A stretch of 64,000 nucleotides of DNA. It comes from Mytilus californianus. Its lineage: Eukaryota. Where the stretch lies: positions 47,678,001 through 47,742,000 of the forward strand of contig NW_026262723.1 in assembly GCF_021869535.1 (NCBI RefSeq), in the 5' to 3' direction. Below, piece by piece: positions 48,436-63,329 of the stretch; position 1 is the first letter of the stretch, and the number at the start of each line of letters is the position of its first letter. Position numbers and translations under genes: made by a program. The notes beneath the pieces are model-generated. The model searched no databases. It was not told where the DNA came from and saw nothing but the letters and a program-made list of their open reading frames with translations.

Positions 48436-51400
48436 TAAAGTCTTTTGATATGTGGTCCTTAAGTAGGAATTTTTTACCTTTGATTGTTATCGCAACTCCT
48501 CTTTTTCTCCCCTCAAATTTTCAAAATAAGTTCTTTGGTAGGATAACTTCTTATTATACATATTAGAGACTTGAAGTCTTTTGATTTGAAATCATTGATC
48601 TTTGAACGTAAAAATTGAGGTCAAAGGTAAATTTAACGTTCTATATTTTGACCTTTACTATGACTTCATACTTGTACACGATAAACCCATAAGGTCTTTT
48701 GTATGAGATGGGATGGAATATGCCCTTATAGTCAACAGCAAGTGAAATGGTGTAAACAGGAAGAAGCCTTTTTATCTAAATTTATGTTGAAGTACCTAGA
48801 AACTTTATATTTTTAGAACGAATGTGAAGTATTCTATCATATGAGCAGGAAGTGGTATTTTTTTAAACAAGAAGTAGAAAATGGTGTCCCTTAATATTTC
48901 AAGCAACAGCATATATAAACGATAAATTGTTCGAATCTGTGTAAGGATGCTATATATTGTTACGTATAAAATACTAAACTGAAAGAAGCTACTAAGGGAA
49001 ACCCCTTTTTATTTACATAATTGGTGAAAAAAAAAGTATCATGTTTTTTTTTGGTATTTGATAGTAAAAATTAGTTAGTTAGCTTTCAATTAAAACAGGT
49101 TGAATGACCAAATGAATTTTCAAATAAACAGATATACTTGTTTTAAGGGGAGACAGCACTGTAAATTTCCTGTTTTTGGAAGTGAAAATTGACAACTTAT
49201 TTGTGGCTATTGTTGTTCTTTCCGGAGAAGGCGACTAAAACTAATAGTGAAGGAAGGTTTTTTTTAAAAGACCAGGTATAGTTTTATGAAGTTCATACAA
49301 TTTTGATTAACTGAAATGTGCCTTTTTTATTATGTTAAAATTACACTTAACTATTATTTCATTATAAACTAGAGCAATTTCTAATACCACCACTAAGAGT
49401 CACTTGTGCATGGTCCCTCAAAATATGACGTCATAGAAAAAACTGTTGATCGCACTCTTATGTAAGCTATCATATTACATCGAAAGTAAAATTTTGAAGG
49501 CCGGAAGTAACTCTTTCCATTATTACAAATGGAAACACATAGAAACAATATTGTTTTGGAATCAGTGAAAAGTGAGCTATCGTACAAACCGGAAGTGACA
49601 TTTTGTAAACAGGAAGTAACAAATGATCTCCCTTATTTCAAGCAAAAGTAAATACAAACAAGCTATCATATGACACCAAAACTGACATTTGGTAGACCGG
49701 AAGTCGCAAACTATATACCTTGTTTCAAAGGGAAATACAGAGAAACCTAATAGTTTTGAAATCACAGAAAAGTTGGCTATAAGTTGACACTCAAAGTGAC
49801 TTTTGGAACCGGAAGGAAGAGATCATCTTGCTTAATGCAAAGAAAGAACAAAAAAGTATATACTTTTTGGAATCTGTGCAAGATAAGTTATTTTCCCACA
49901 GCATTTCTTTTTAAAACGAAGACTACTTTTTGTAATTAATTTTCTTTCACATATCTGAATAAAAGATCATGTAATTTAAAACCTCAATTATCAAACTGGG
50001 AGTTGGAAAGACCTTGTATTTATTTTTATATTTTTATCGGGTCATACGATTATCGGTAGGCAGTCTCCGGATGTCATCTCGGTGATTCACTAGATGGGAC
50101 CTATTTTTCTAATGTAAACGGTTAATTAGTAGATTTTATTGCTAAAGATATAAAAAAGGAGATATTGGACATTTTATAAGGTCTGATATCAAACGCAACA
50201 TACAAACAACGAGTCTTTCTTAAGTCAGTAGTCAACTTTGATCAATTTTATTTCTCCCGTAAAAAAAAGAAAACTTCATATATCTCATTGAGTGAATTAA
50301 AGATTACGTTTGAAATGTTATCATTTAATGCATGAAAAAGTAAAACAAACAAAAGTGACACGATAAAAGAAGGAGACAAATGCACTCAACTAGTACAGGT
50401 GGTCTATTTACATTAAAAACTGTATTCTTAGAAAAAGGGACAACCGTTTGCTGTTCTGTGAAGAGGGGACATGAGGGTTTTCCCGCACAAGCTTTTATCA
50501 ATAATAATCAAAAATCAATAAATCTTAAACTTGAATCTTGAAAATATTGTGGGAAGATAGTTTAATCTATTTTTGTCTGGTAATTTATTTTTAAAAATGA
50601 TTTTTTCCCATGCTATCTCCCTTCACAGAATATCAAATTGTCTCATTACACATGTAATTGTAAATTTGCACTTACCTTATTTTTCAGTGTATGTCTTCCA
50701 ATACTATACATTTGTATCTGTAAAATTAATTATATGCACATACATTTTTACAATCGAACCAAACTTAACTGGCCAAAAGAAACATGCGTTGTACAATGTA
50801 TATAATAGAAAAACAAAGGCTAATATAAACATGTCAATAGTACGCATTTTTTAATAAATGTGGCTTTACATGTTTTTTTCGAGATATTTAAATCAATAAT
50901 CTGACTTGACGTATTTAGAATACAAGTAAAGTTGAATTATTTACACTGAAAATATAAGAAAGCTTACGAATAATCATCAGCAAATGTTAGGACTATACCT
51001 TGTAGATGCCCTAAATGTTGATTTTATCGGGTTTTAAAATAACCTGAAAGCCTAAAAAAAATATTGGAAACCTAACTTGTATGAATAAACTGGTGATTTA
51101 CGCCATTATAGCTGTCTTGTAACTGATACTAATTGCATCACAAAACAGGGAATGGTTCTAGAGCATATTTCGAATTAACTTCGTTTACAGGCGTTGCAAA
51201 GCCTTAGTGACCCCATGGTTTTCAAAGTAGGTTGTTTTAAAGCAGCCCAGTCAGTGGATGCCACGAACATATGTTTACTTTATATAATCAGTCAATGAAA
51301 ATCAACATATAAAATGTTTTGCAATAAATAGAATGGTCAATTTCCATAGGCTTTGAAAAGGTTCTGATTTTGACTATTTTCAAGTCATTTGCAATTTGCT

Positions 51401-51604
51401 CGTGGAAGGCCTGATACGAGATATGATCCATCGCTTTTTTATTTGACTTACTAGCTCCTTTCGTGGATTTTGTTTAACAATTTTTGGAAAATCTGTATTT
51501 TCGCTTTGTCTAATAAAATACTTTTCTTTTATTTTTACAAGTGTTTGTAAACAATGATCTCTCATTTAAGATGATAAAGGTTTCTCTTAATAGAAACGGT
51601 CAGA

Positions 51605-52136
51605 AAGGGGCTAAAAGATGGACGAAAGATACCAGAGGGACAGTCAAACTCATAGATCGAAAACAAACTGACAACGCCATGGCCAAAAATAAAAAGACAA
51701 ACAGACAAATAATAGTACAGATGACACAACATAGAAAACTAAAGACCAAGCAACACGAACCCCACCAAAAACTGGGGGTGATCTCAGGTGCTCCTGAAGG
51801 GTAAGCAGATTCTGCTCCACATGTGGCACCCGTCGTGTTGCTTATGTTATTACAAATCCGGTAAATAGTCTCATTCAGTAGGTCACATTCGTGAAAAGGG
51901 AAGGGTATTGTAGTTACGACATAAGGAACATATCCGATATCATCTGTGAAACGGTTATTCCATAACGGTCAACCAACTCGTGATGGCGTCCGTAAAATTT
52001 ACGAAGGGATGATTTCAACTTCACCATTTGGAACTCTTGGTTTAATAGCTTCCTTGTGAGCAGCAATCCTCTATCAAGGAAATCATGATAGGAAATATAA
52101 GCCCGGGAATATCGTATCAATTAGGAGATATATATA
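51605..52136 (-). mobile_element. Young 5'-truncated PLE family A copy
   Basis: ORF 51914-52120 IRYSRAYISYHDFLDRGLLLTRKLLNQEFQMVKLKSSLRKFYGRHHELVDRYG...LMS*. Confidence 0.9.
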
Positions 52137-52139
52137 CTA

Positions 52140-53050
52140 AGGGTGGATTTGTAAATGATGCAGATTGGATTTAAATGAGATCGGTAATAGGTCCCAAAGA
52201 CATACGCATGAGTGAGGAGACAACATTTACAGAAGATGATCTGTAATGGGGGTTTGAGTAAGTTGTATCAAAAGATAGTAAATAATGACACAAAATACAT
52301 TCAAAAAGGATGATATGAATAAGTTTGCATAGTGGATTGTATGAAAATTATAGAGGGTAATAATCTATTGAAAGTAAATTGAATGTATTTCTCACATAAA
52401 ATAGTGAGAGCCTCACATATAAATTAAGAGATTGTCAGTATAAGTTCAGCGTCGATTTAGATGGAATGATCAGTAAGAAAACGGAGAGTAAATACTAAGA
52501 AACTGTTAGAATGGAAAGTGTTCTAGGGTCGAGCTAGGAGACTGTCAATTGATTAACAGCTAAAAGTCTGTCAATAGATTAACTGCTAAGAGACTATCAA
52601 ATGATTAACAGCTAAGAGAATGTTAATTAATTAACAGCTAATCGATTGGTTACCACAGCGTTAAGCTTAGAGACACTCAATTGATTAACAGATAAGACAC
52701 TGTTATTTGATTAACAGCTTAAAAAGTGTCAATTAATAACCTGCATTTTTTTCAGATTTGAAAATGATGATCAGATAATTATAAGTTGATTCAAAATTTA
52801 TTTAGATGAAATGAACAGCAAAGGGTTCAAATTTGAATTTTGAAAGTATTTTCAGGAAGGGACTCTAAGTGAATTTAGAGAAGAGATGATCATTGAAAGG
52901 TATAGGTTTGGTTTTATGATGGGAAAAGAGAAGAGAGAAAGTTATCAATAAGTTAGTACAGATTGTGATTAGATGGTTAGAGGTTTAGATTGTTTATACT
53001 AGCAAGAAATTACTTATGTAATAACTTTAATAATTTTGATAATATCATGT
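52140..53050 (-). mobile_element. Possible very old CR1/L2-type LINE relic
   Basis: Scattered motifs across broken frames (RLSLFY, RLLPSII, PHSCVCLWDLLP); weak. Confidence 0.25.
52540..52740. repeat. Degenerate ~26 bp tandem array, about 7 units
   Basis: GACTGTCAATTGATTAACAGCTAA-like units. Confidence 0.8.
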
Positions 53051-56000
53051 GAGAAACAACAATACTGAATATAAAGTGGAGCCATTGTTCCATTTTATGA
53101 AAAGAATAGAACATTGTTGCGTTTGACGAAATGGATTATAAGCATGCAAGTGGAAGAATAGCTAAATCTAAAATAATCAAATCAAAACACAGCTGTTGAA
53201 ATTTGATATGAAGTCAACAATGAGACTTCTAAAATTAAATTAAAAGTATTTATGGAGTTTCAATCTTTTTGCAAAAAATTAACGAAAAATGTGTCTCGTT
53301 TCAATCCAATAAATTCAACGACGTCGGACTCATAATGTAAATCTTCAAATATATAACTGATTAAAAATGAAATAGCACACATCTCTGTTTATGGATATTT
53401 TGAGTCCATTTAAAACTAAGTTATAACAAGCTGGCAATTCTAACTAATACTAACCGTGCTGCACATTTTTTTTAGAAAAATATTCATACTTCAAGCCTTC
53501 AAAATGCTAGTATTCTTGGAGGCAAAAATAAACATGTACTGGTATTACTAATTGCTCATCTCATTATAAGTGTTATAATTCATAGTGGGGTACCATCGGG
53601 CATTCAGGAAGTTTTATCCAAAAATAAAATATCAATTAACGTCTTTCTCTAATCCTATATATTCCATCTATATAAGCTTCATTTTAATCAAGCAAGGGAC
53701 ACTCAAGTTATCATCCAGAAGCAATGAGTTTCAGAAAGCACGAACAAAGCGATCACTATATGATCCCGAGATTTGTTTCGGGGAGTATAAAAACGCTTGG
53801 TGCCGGTTTCCCGACCGTGCGAGGGCTGTATAGCCAGTCAAGGTCGTTAAAAACTCCCGTCATCATCCCAGTACCATAAATTAAGACTATGTTATTATAA
53901 CCATGCATAAAAAAGAAAAAAGAGGGGACATTTTCAGTTTAGCTTTTCTGCAAAATGCCTCAAGCAATTTTGAACTTCGCGGCTATGTATTTTTTTTTAA
54001 GTCGTACAACATCGTCAATTTGTCTTATTTTTTAGAACAAAGAGGGAGAAAAGGAAACACATAGACAAAGAGCAATCATTTTCAGTTTTGAATCTTTACT
54101 TACATTTCATAAAGCAGTATAGCGTATCTTTTCAAAATATGTTGGTATTGTCGAATGCAGTTTGTAATGCTGCAAGTCTTTTAACTCTTGCAAATTATAA
54201 GAACGTACATACTACCAGAATTCTACAGAATTCCGACCAATTTGACTAAGTATCTAACACTGAAATGTTATTTTTCAAAGCTATATTAATACAATTTTTG
54301 AAAAGGTCTTAAATACTAAGTAGCTGATCCCATTTTCTTAAGACAAGGAGTAAAATAACTGATAGAAATGTCTTGTGACCTTTCATCTTACGAAAATATA
54401 TTAAATAACTTTTTCCAGTTAATTTGGTTTTCGAAAATATCAATACAATAACGACAAAAAATATGAATCATATATATTTCAGTTTGATAGAATACTTTTA
54501 TGTAGAAGTACACATAAACCTTTTGGTAATGACTCCAATAGACGTGCTATATAAAATGTGAAAACCAACGTGTTATATATCTTGTTTATGGTTACGTTAT
54601 ATGACAGTTATATAAAAAAAAATACAAGACTTGTGTGCAGTTTTTTTTTTTGTTTTGTATTCCTTCAAAGTCTGTGTCTTTCTAGGAGATTTGATAGATA
54701 GATTGGCCGTCTTGAAAATAAGTTATTATCAAATAAATACATATGTAAAGAAGACGTCCATTTTAGTTAGATAGTATTAAACAGAAAATAGTTTTCTTGT
54801 TTAATATTCCAAAGGTTACGGTCCGTAAAATCATAAAATTAGGTTAGTAGATAATTACAATGACCCGCAGATAAACATACATTGTACCAAGCAACGAATC
54901 TAATCTATCTTTTCTAGTAAGTTTGAAATTGAAAAATTCAGTTAGTTTTTTAGTCTGTAGGGGAAGAAAAAGACGACTATGTAAGATATGATGCTAAAAT
55001 TACACGTTTTAAATCAACATATCGTATAAACCATTCGAATACCACAGTTCACATATCCAATATTAGGGAAATAGTTCCGCATATAGTAAACTCACTGTAT
55101 AACCACATCTATGATCGTTAAAAGAAACACGTCACTCAATAATATACAAGTAGGGATAATTCAGTCTTAAACATGTTAAAAGAGAACAGTAATGGTATCA
55201 AAATTCATGAATCGAAGAGGAACAAACCATGGGCTAAATATAGATTGGTGTGTGTCATTTGCTAAATGTCCAGTGGCAAATATTTCATATTCAGGATTAG
55301 AACAATTTATCAATAAATGAAGAGTGCATAGTTGGTTGACCGGCGTTGATGAAGGACTGGAGATTTGAACTTCCATTGTAAACAGGCGGAATATTGGATA
55401 AGAGTCGAAATTTGCTTTACAACAGGCCACCTTCGGACCGCTTTAAGTGTTTTTGCAAGGGTTATTTAACGTGTAAGAGAGGGTAAACATTTCACTCCAC
55501 GAGGTATGAATGTCACGTCTCCATTTAGACCGTAATATAGATGAGCATTTGTACTACCTGAGCAGCCAATTAGACGTCCTTAAGCAATTAACACTTTACT
55601 GCCGGACAGAGGAATTTTTATGAAATAGAAGTTCCTTCATAGTTGAAGTTCAAAGAGGAAAATTATTCTGTAATACTATTTCCACTGGAGCATATATTAC
55701 AGTATTTGCTCCTTACGGAATAAAAGGTATAGCTAGAATATTTGCTCCTTAAGATATAATGGCATTATTTATAACAAAGTTTCTAGGGGAACTTCTGTTA
55801 AGCTGAACAAATATACGTTGACAGGAAGTCTAGTTGGCTTATAGCCAAAAAATGACAAAGAGACAACAGTCAACAAAACACAACACAGAGATTGAGCGAC
55901 ACAAGCCACAATAAGAACTCAGATGTGCCTGAACTTGAGGTTAAGTTGTTCATGCACCGCTTCTGGCATCTCATCTATTACTATGCCCTACAATGTATGT

Positions 56001-56989
56001 GTTATCTCTATTAAGATTTGTTTAGATACGAAACATCTGGCACAGCATCAAATCCTTGGAAATAAAAAAAAGTGTTTGACTGTTATTTCTTCAGTTTATA
56101 AATTGATTTTTTATTTTGAAAAAGAGAATTTTATTACATTACTTATTAGAGTTACAGTTTAATTCTAGTTAACATTCTTAAACTTTTACATAAACTTTAG
56201 AAGAACCATTTCTGAGCTTTTACAAACGCTAATTCTTAAATAAAAATTATCTTTCTCTCGAATTTATTTTGACAATTAACACGTGATATTGAAACATTTA
56301 ATTATATTGAATTGAAAGCAAAAGGTGATTGGGCCTTGGGCCGTGTGTATTTTGTATGTTGGATAGTATTTTGTACATATATAAATATATTCATGTTGAT
56401 TTACACATGTCACTATAATAAACACTTTACTTACTTACTTACTTATTAGAAGAATAGAAGGTAAGAATAAAGTAACCAGTCAATTAACACAGATAATGAC
56501 TGTTTACATTACAGTATCTACACTGTATTATCAGGTACAGTTTTAATTTCTAATTAGTTAAATGCGTTTAGCATGTTATGTCAGAACTGATCGCAAAGAC
56601 TAAGAATGATTTTTATTACGTACTTTCAAATTTTGTAGTAATGTTTGATATGCTCAAACAGATATTGAATTTTATATTCTGTATCGGCCTTAATTGCTAA
56701 CATGTGTAAACACTAAAAAATCCGCATACAAATTTCCTCCAAACAATTTAATTATCACTCCATCAAAAAATTTAAATCTGAAGGCGATAGATGGTAAAAT
56801 AAGGGCTCTTAAAAAAATTACATGCTGAAGAAATCGAAATACATTTTGTGTACTTTGACAATTAACAATTAACACTATAAATGTCGATAAAAGCGGACAT
56901 TTCTGTCTGATTCATCCACTTGCTACGATTATGTGATATGTTCCCTAAGGGTATCGTATATATATTGACGTAGTTGACATATGGACAAC

Positions 56990-57150
56990 ATTATAATTGT
57001 ACTTGTGGATCAGGATCTACTTACCCTTCCGGAACAACTGAATTTAAATCTGTTTTGGTGGAGTTCGTGTTTAGTTTTATGTGTTAAATTTTATTGTTTA
57101 TCTTTTGAGCATGCATGGTTTTGTCAATCTTTTATTCCACTGAAGTTTTT
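56990..57150 (+). mobile_element. Degenerate family A 3' fragment
   Basis: CAGGATCTACTTACCCTTCCGGAACAACTGA...GGTGGAGTTCGTGTT. Confidence 0.65.
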
Positions 57151-57448
57151 CTACTTGGTTTCTAAATTTTTTTTCTTAATATTTAGAGCGAAATCAAGGT
57201 TGTTGTTATTTTAAAAATCTATATGTATAAAAGGATGACACTGCTAATGGGTTAATATTATACCTCTTATCAATTCCGAATTGTCTCTAATACAGAAGGA
57301 AAATATTAGACTTAATAGTCTATTATTATAAAAAAAAAATAATAGATTTCCGTCACCGGAAAAAATATTCGATTACACAACCCCTTTGTCACGGCATTTT
57401 ACAATAATTTTAAAATTATTCAAGCTTAAAACGAGAAACTATTCCTAT

Positions 57449-58371
57449 CGGCATTTTGCATTTACGCCAATCTGCACTTCATTTGCGCCAAAAAAAATTT
57501 TTTTTTTTTCATTTGCGCCAATTTCCAGGTAAACACAAGTCATGAAACATATGAGTTGTACAGAAATTATATACATGTAATAACAAAATTCAGTACCCAT
57601 TCCGTCTGCCCCCTTCTCACAACGGGAGTGGAAGTGGGATTTCGAGCAGAATTAGTTTATTGTAAAAGTTTCTTAAAATATATTACACGTAAAATAGCTC
57701 TTTTCTAAATAAAATAGTAACAGTTTGACGTCAAAAGCACATTTGCATATTTACAAGTTTGAGTATTTGTATGCAACATGAACTGCGACCTTGTGATATC
57801 CAAGTTCTCTACAATACATCCGACACTTTTCACAAATAAAATAAAAATAAGATGATGAGGTATGATTGCCAATGAGACAACTATCCACCAAAGTTCAAAT
57901 AAAGTGGATGTAAGCAATTATAGGCAACCGCACGGCCTTCAACAATGAGAAAAACACATATCGTATAATCGGCTATAAAAGGTCCCGACATGAAAAATAA
58001 GAAACAATTCAATTGAGAAAACTAACGGCCTAATTTATAACAAAACAATTAACGAAAAACAAATATGAAAGTTAATTTTTTCCTTTTCATGTATTCTTAC
58101 GACTGCTGACATGTCAAGAGATCTGAATTTTACATAAGTTGTTGCCTGGATATTCGGGTGGTGTGAGTAAAACTGATCATTGTAGTACGAGTGAAACGAT
58201 CCACGGCCGTTGTTAGTTCTTTTATAGTCTAAAATATATCAGATCTTAACTGTTCAAATTAAATTGGCGCAAATGAAAAAATAATAATTGGCACAAATGA
58301 AAACTTTGTTGATGGCGCAAACAGTGAAAAAAAAATTATATTTTCAAAATTGAAGCAAATGTCATACGCCC
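57449..58371. mobile_element. MITE with TTTGCGCCAA subterminal repeats, containing a family B fragment (57835-58075, minus)
   Basis: Left ATTTGCGCCAA repeats; right TTGGCGCAAAT repeats ending CAAATGTCATACGCCC. Confidence 0.55.
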
Positions 58372-61300
58372 ATCCCTTTATGGCAGACTATGAGATCATG
58401 TGGTTAACAATAAAAGTTATGGTCAGCTCTACGTTTGATATGAAGTATAAAGAAAATTTTTGCATCATACTAAGGAATCAATTCAACGAAATCAACCTTC
58501 TCTGCTATGAGTAGAAATAGTGTCCGCTAGTAAGGGAATAGATTAATATAAATTGCAAGTTCGAAATAACATATATGGTGAAAAGATTATAGCCTTTATT
58601 CAAGTTAAACCTCTTCCAAGCACGTTAATATAGTAAACTAACATCCAGGAATGTAAAATAGTGAAAAAAGATTAAAGTATACACGCGATTCAAACAATTT
58701 GTTAAAAATAAATTTTAAAATCAAATGTGTTCAAATGGCCTTCAAAAAAGTCTCAAACGCTTATTAACATCAACGTAATAAGGGTCATGAACACAGTGGT
58801 CTAATTAGAAAAATTTGATAATTAAAAAAAGGTAGAAAGTCGTTGAATTCTCGACTTTTCAAAACTGTTTAGACAGTGAACGTTCAAGCATTCGACAAAG
58901 GTGATCAAACGATATGTGTTTAAAATGCATTCAAAGTCAGTCAGATGAAATATTGTATGACTAAAATTTGATGAAATGCAACACATATTTTAACCTATGA
59001 TTTATTTGGTTTTTAGATCTGAATGTTCATTTTATTTATATCTCTGTGGCAAATATTTAACACCAATCATAATTGTTTTGTTACTCTATATATTCGTTCT
59101 TAGTTCATGGCAATATCTATATATATTTGTTAATAATGTATGTGACGAAATATACATGTTTACCTTTTGCAAGGCTCGTTTTTTTTTTTGGCGCCGCTAT
59201 ATCTTCTATTATAAACATAATAATAACCTGCAGATGACTACATTTAGTGTTGCAGAATATTCATTTTCATCTTGTCTTGCGCAGAATTATTCATTTGCAG
59301 TTCTTACCAGGCCAGAATATCAATTGGTCGTCCGCTTATATTCTCAAAACAATTCCCAAATTGGGCTGTAGAAACCTTTTAAACTAGGGATTTCTGTAGA
59401 GATTCAATAATTCATTGAACATGGCTCTTTCAAATAAAATAAATAAGAAAAAAGTGGTCTTTCTACTTAAAAAATGAAGCATAAATCTTACCTTATTCCT
59501 TCCTTACAAACTATAAAATATCCTTACTGATCATTGTTTTGAATGAATTTAGACAGTCTACGCAAAGCAAGCATATGTTATCATTAAAACAACAAAAGTA
59601 GCATTGAGAATGGTCGGGGTAAAAGTATCAGTGAAAAACTAAACCGATAACAGCATTAGGTTAATGCATATTTATGTATAAGTTACTTAGATAGTATGTT
59701 CTGCTGATTAGTAAATATTGAACACGTGTGATTTATGTTATGTGAATGTGCAAATTGAACTTATTAGAACTAATCCGAAGGTATCGATTCTATAGGTAAT
59801 AATATAAAGTGGATTCATACTACGTTAAGATAAATGCAATCGTGATGTTGAGGCAAACTTTGAAATAATAGTTTACTCTTTACATTTCGTTCAAAATATC
59901 CTAATTAATGATAAACTTTACTTAAAAGATATGTTTGTAATTCCAAATTTCCTGTCCTTAATCCTGTGGAATGACTTCAATGACAGTAGAATTAATTTGT
60001 CCAATACATCTCAGATCTACGTCCCTATTTACAAAAAAGTACATGTTTTGTTCGAATTCCCACTTTTGCTTCTTTTTTAGAAATGCTATAACGTGTTTGA
60101 ATTTTTAAAATGAAATATAAGTATGAATTAGTAGATCGCTCTGATCAAACTATAGCTTCAAAACTTGTGCAGTCATAATAAATGAATATGATGCTACAAC
60201 TATTACAGCACCTAAGGAAACTATTGAGTTAATGGTATTTGATTGTGTTTTAATTTGATATTGACCAAATACAACAGTAAAAACTCCTTTGATTCATATA
60301 GATCTTAACGTATGATAATAACGTATGAAAGTTTAATAATTTCACAGCAGCATTGAAATAAGGCAGACCTGCCGTTACTTTCCCAATTTATGGCGGATTC
60401 CCCAATGACCTCAATTATTTAAACTCAATACCTCAAATAGATAATTACGTTAGTTAAGGCACCTGAACACAACAGTAATACAGCAGTTGCATCAAATGCT
60501 GTCTACCGTCAAAATATTTATCGTTATTTGCCGCCTGTAATCATCTTATTCAATCACTTATTGTCAGCCTTTTTTCAGCTAAAACATTTTTTTTAATCTA
60601 AGTTTCTTCAATAGCCCTTTTTGCAAATGATCAGTAATTCAAGATCCCCAAAATGCCAAAAATGGCCGAAACCCTTTACCGAATATTTTTAGGAGTTATT
60701 CGATTTTTACTCATTTTATCGTTTTTGCACTCTATCTTGAAAAAAAACTATTTCGCGATATGTTAAAATGTGACGAACGCAACATTTAACAGATACAAAG
60801 TTAGTTGTGATGAACACTGAATTAAAACAATTAGGATTCTTTTCTTAATAGTTGATTCAAAACACACGAGTAAGTTTCACTTTTGAAATTTTATCACCGA
60901 AGACAACAATAAAATAGATACGTATTGCTTTATTGTAAAATGGCTTCTTTAATTTTTCATTTACCCTCGGTCATTTACGTGAGCTCGTGTTTATAAGAGA
61001 CCCAATATAGTCATTACTATAGCTGTCACAATAGCTGGCCAAATTGCTAAGACTATTCTGAAAACCGCTTTAGTGGTGACATTTAAGCTACTCTTATTAA
61101 TTCTTAGATTTATGAATGGCTGTTTTTAAGGATTTTGCCAGAATTTTTAAGGACAAGACTTGAAAATTTCATAAAATTTTATCTTGGGCGGCAGTTTTCG
61201 TCGATCTTAAACTAGCAGTAGGTCAGAGAACATAACAATATATCTGTAGTATGCAATTACAGCAATATTTATAAATGTATAACATGGCAGAACAGCTGCA

Positions 61301-63329
61301 ATACGTAGCAATTGATCAGCAGTAAGCATAACAATACATCTGTATTTTGCATATTGTATAAAAAAAGTATGATTATTAATCACTTAATTCTAGGACTTAC
61401 AGAAAATGGCAGTTTGGTCAATCAATCATTAAATACAACATATACCTTGTCCCTAGCTATTTAAATCATTCAATCTTCCCAGATTATCTGGGTTTTTTTT
61501 TATGAAATCAGCTTATGTCATATCTATTTTTCTTGATACTTATGCCCGATTAAAGATTTATTTCATTCAAAGCATTTGTTGCTTTCTGTCTCTGCCGCCT
61601 GTTAATTAGATTGAAGATTGTAGACAACACATGAATTGGCAAACATAATACCAAATGAACAATGTTTAACCGAAGTTTGTATACAAATAACAACAGATGT
61701 GAGAAAACAGTCCTTTTCATATCACGTTAGTTTGAAGATATAATAATTGTGATTTTCTTTAAGCAAAAGTACGTACGACTCTCTACTGAGTTAAGTTTGG
61801 TATTCGTCAGACATATTGATAGTATTTAACGATACTATTATATCAAAAGTATTTTTTTAAATTTTTTTTTATATTTTCATTTTGGCAAAAACGGATTATC
61901 AATAGGCACCCTAATAATCAAAGGAATTTGAATTATAGCTTTTTTTTTAAGTTTAAGATTTTAATAACATTTACCATTCTTCTGCTGTAGGATTTGCTAA
62001 ACGATAAATTTGAGTATTCAACACTTTGCCATTTAGCGACTCCTCCTGCGATTGTAGTTTTGATTGCTACACAAAATTGCTGAAGAACAATTTCAAAATA
62101 GTTTGACTCTTAACATTTATCACTCCATGCATAAGTCGTCCCACTTTTTTCGGATAGCTTTAGAATCTCTCTTCATGGGATTGACTGTACTCGCTTATTG
62201 TCTTACCCGAAAACCCTTGTTTTATTTTCATGTAGAAGTGACTTAAACAGTATAGGGAAATTTCCCTTTGAAAATGCAAGTTTTTTCCAATGCTCGTCCA
62301 TCAAAACAACTTTTTCTGTTGTGAGCATTTGTTTGAGTACAAAATGTATTTTAGTTTGTTACGTACTTTTAACCATCAACTTTATAACCCCAGTTCGTTA
62401 TAAAAGTATGCATTGTTCAATCAATGTAAATAATGAAAACAAAATTTTACACGGATGAACGCAAATTAAAGAAAGGTTCTGATTTAAGCTTTCCTTTGTT
62501 AAGTGCACACTTTATTAATTCTATGGATACGACTTACAAAATTTTACTTATTTATGGGACTTCTTAGTGAAATCTTAACTAATCATTTACTAATGTACTG
62601 TGTATATATATATTTCAGGTATCAGCCATCCTTATAATTAAAGATATAAACCTAGGAAGATGTTGACTCTCATTTAAACCTAAGCAGTTTAAGGCCACTT
62701 AAGTTAAAATGTTTTATGCATATGGACCCTGCTTCATCCACCACTGTTGAAGTTGTTACTAGTTACTGGAATTATCCGCAACCGTTGAAGTTTAGAGTCC
62801 TTAATATGTCAAAACAATCTTTTGAATAACGTATCAATTAACAAACGGTTTTGTTTTTCCATTCTATATATTATCTGTATAATACTTTTTATTTGTAGCT
62901 AACTCGAACCATACTTATTTTCCTTTAATTTTAGTAACTTAATAAACAATCTTTAAAATTAGCCATTTCCGTTTATGTTGGAGGTTTTTTTGTATGTTTC
63001 TTTCTTTTTGTCATTTTGTTGCTGAATTATTGATGTATACCTCATATAAATTAAAAGTTAAAATGTTTATTCAATTCTAAGACATAATATTACCAAGAAA
63101 TTGTTTGTTTTCCCTCTAACATCAATACGTTTCTTTCCGTATATTGTGCACAATTTAATGAGAAATCAAACAAATTCGAGGGAAAGTTCACACTTTTCAT
63201 CAATTTGTCGTGCATTTTTTTTTTATAATCTACAAATTCATACAAATAACAAATAAATAAAAGGAAATCCTACATTTTCTATATCTGTAGGTGTTCCGTC
63301 ACCGTACCGGATATAAGATACATATATAT

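Noticed and set aside
53770-53880. Minus-strand CGACC..GGCTATACAGCC-CTCGCAC-GGTCG-GG as an HDV-like ribozyme
   Set aside because: No P3 pairing around the CCTCGC loop and no G at position 1; only simple hairpins are supported.
62190-62330. Minus-strand 40 aa ORF with a GG|GTAAGA donor, faintly like hAT or Myb transposase pieces
   Set aside because: Too short and ambiguous; no family motif could be fixed.
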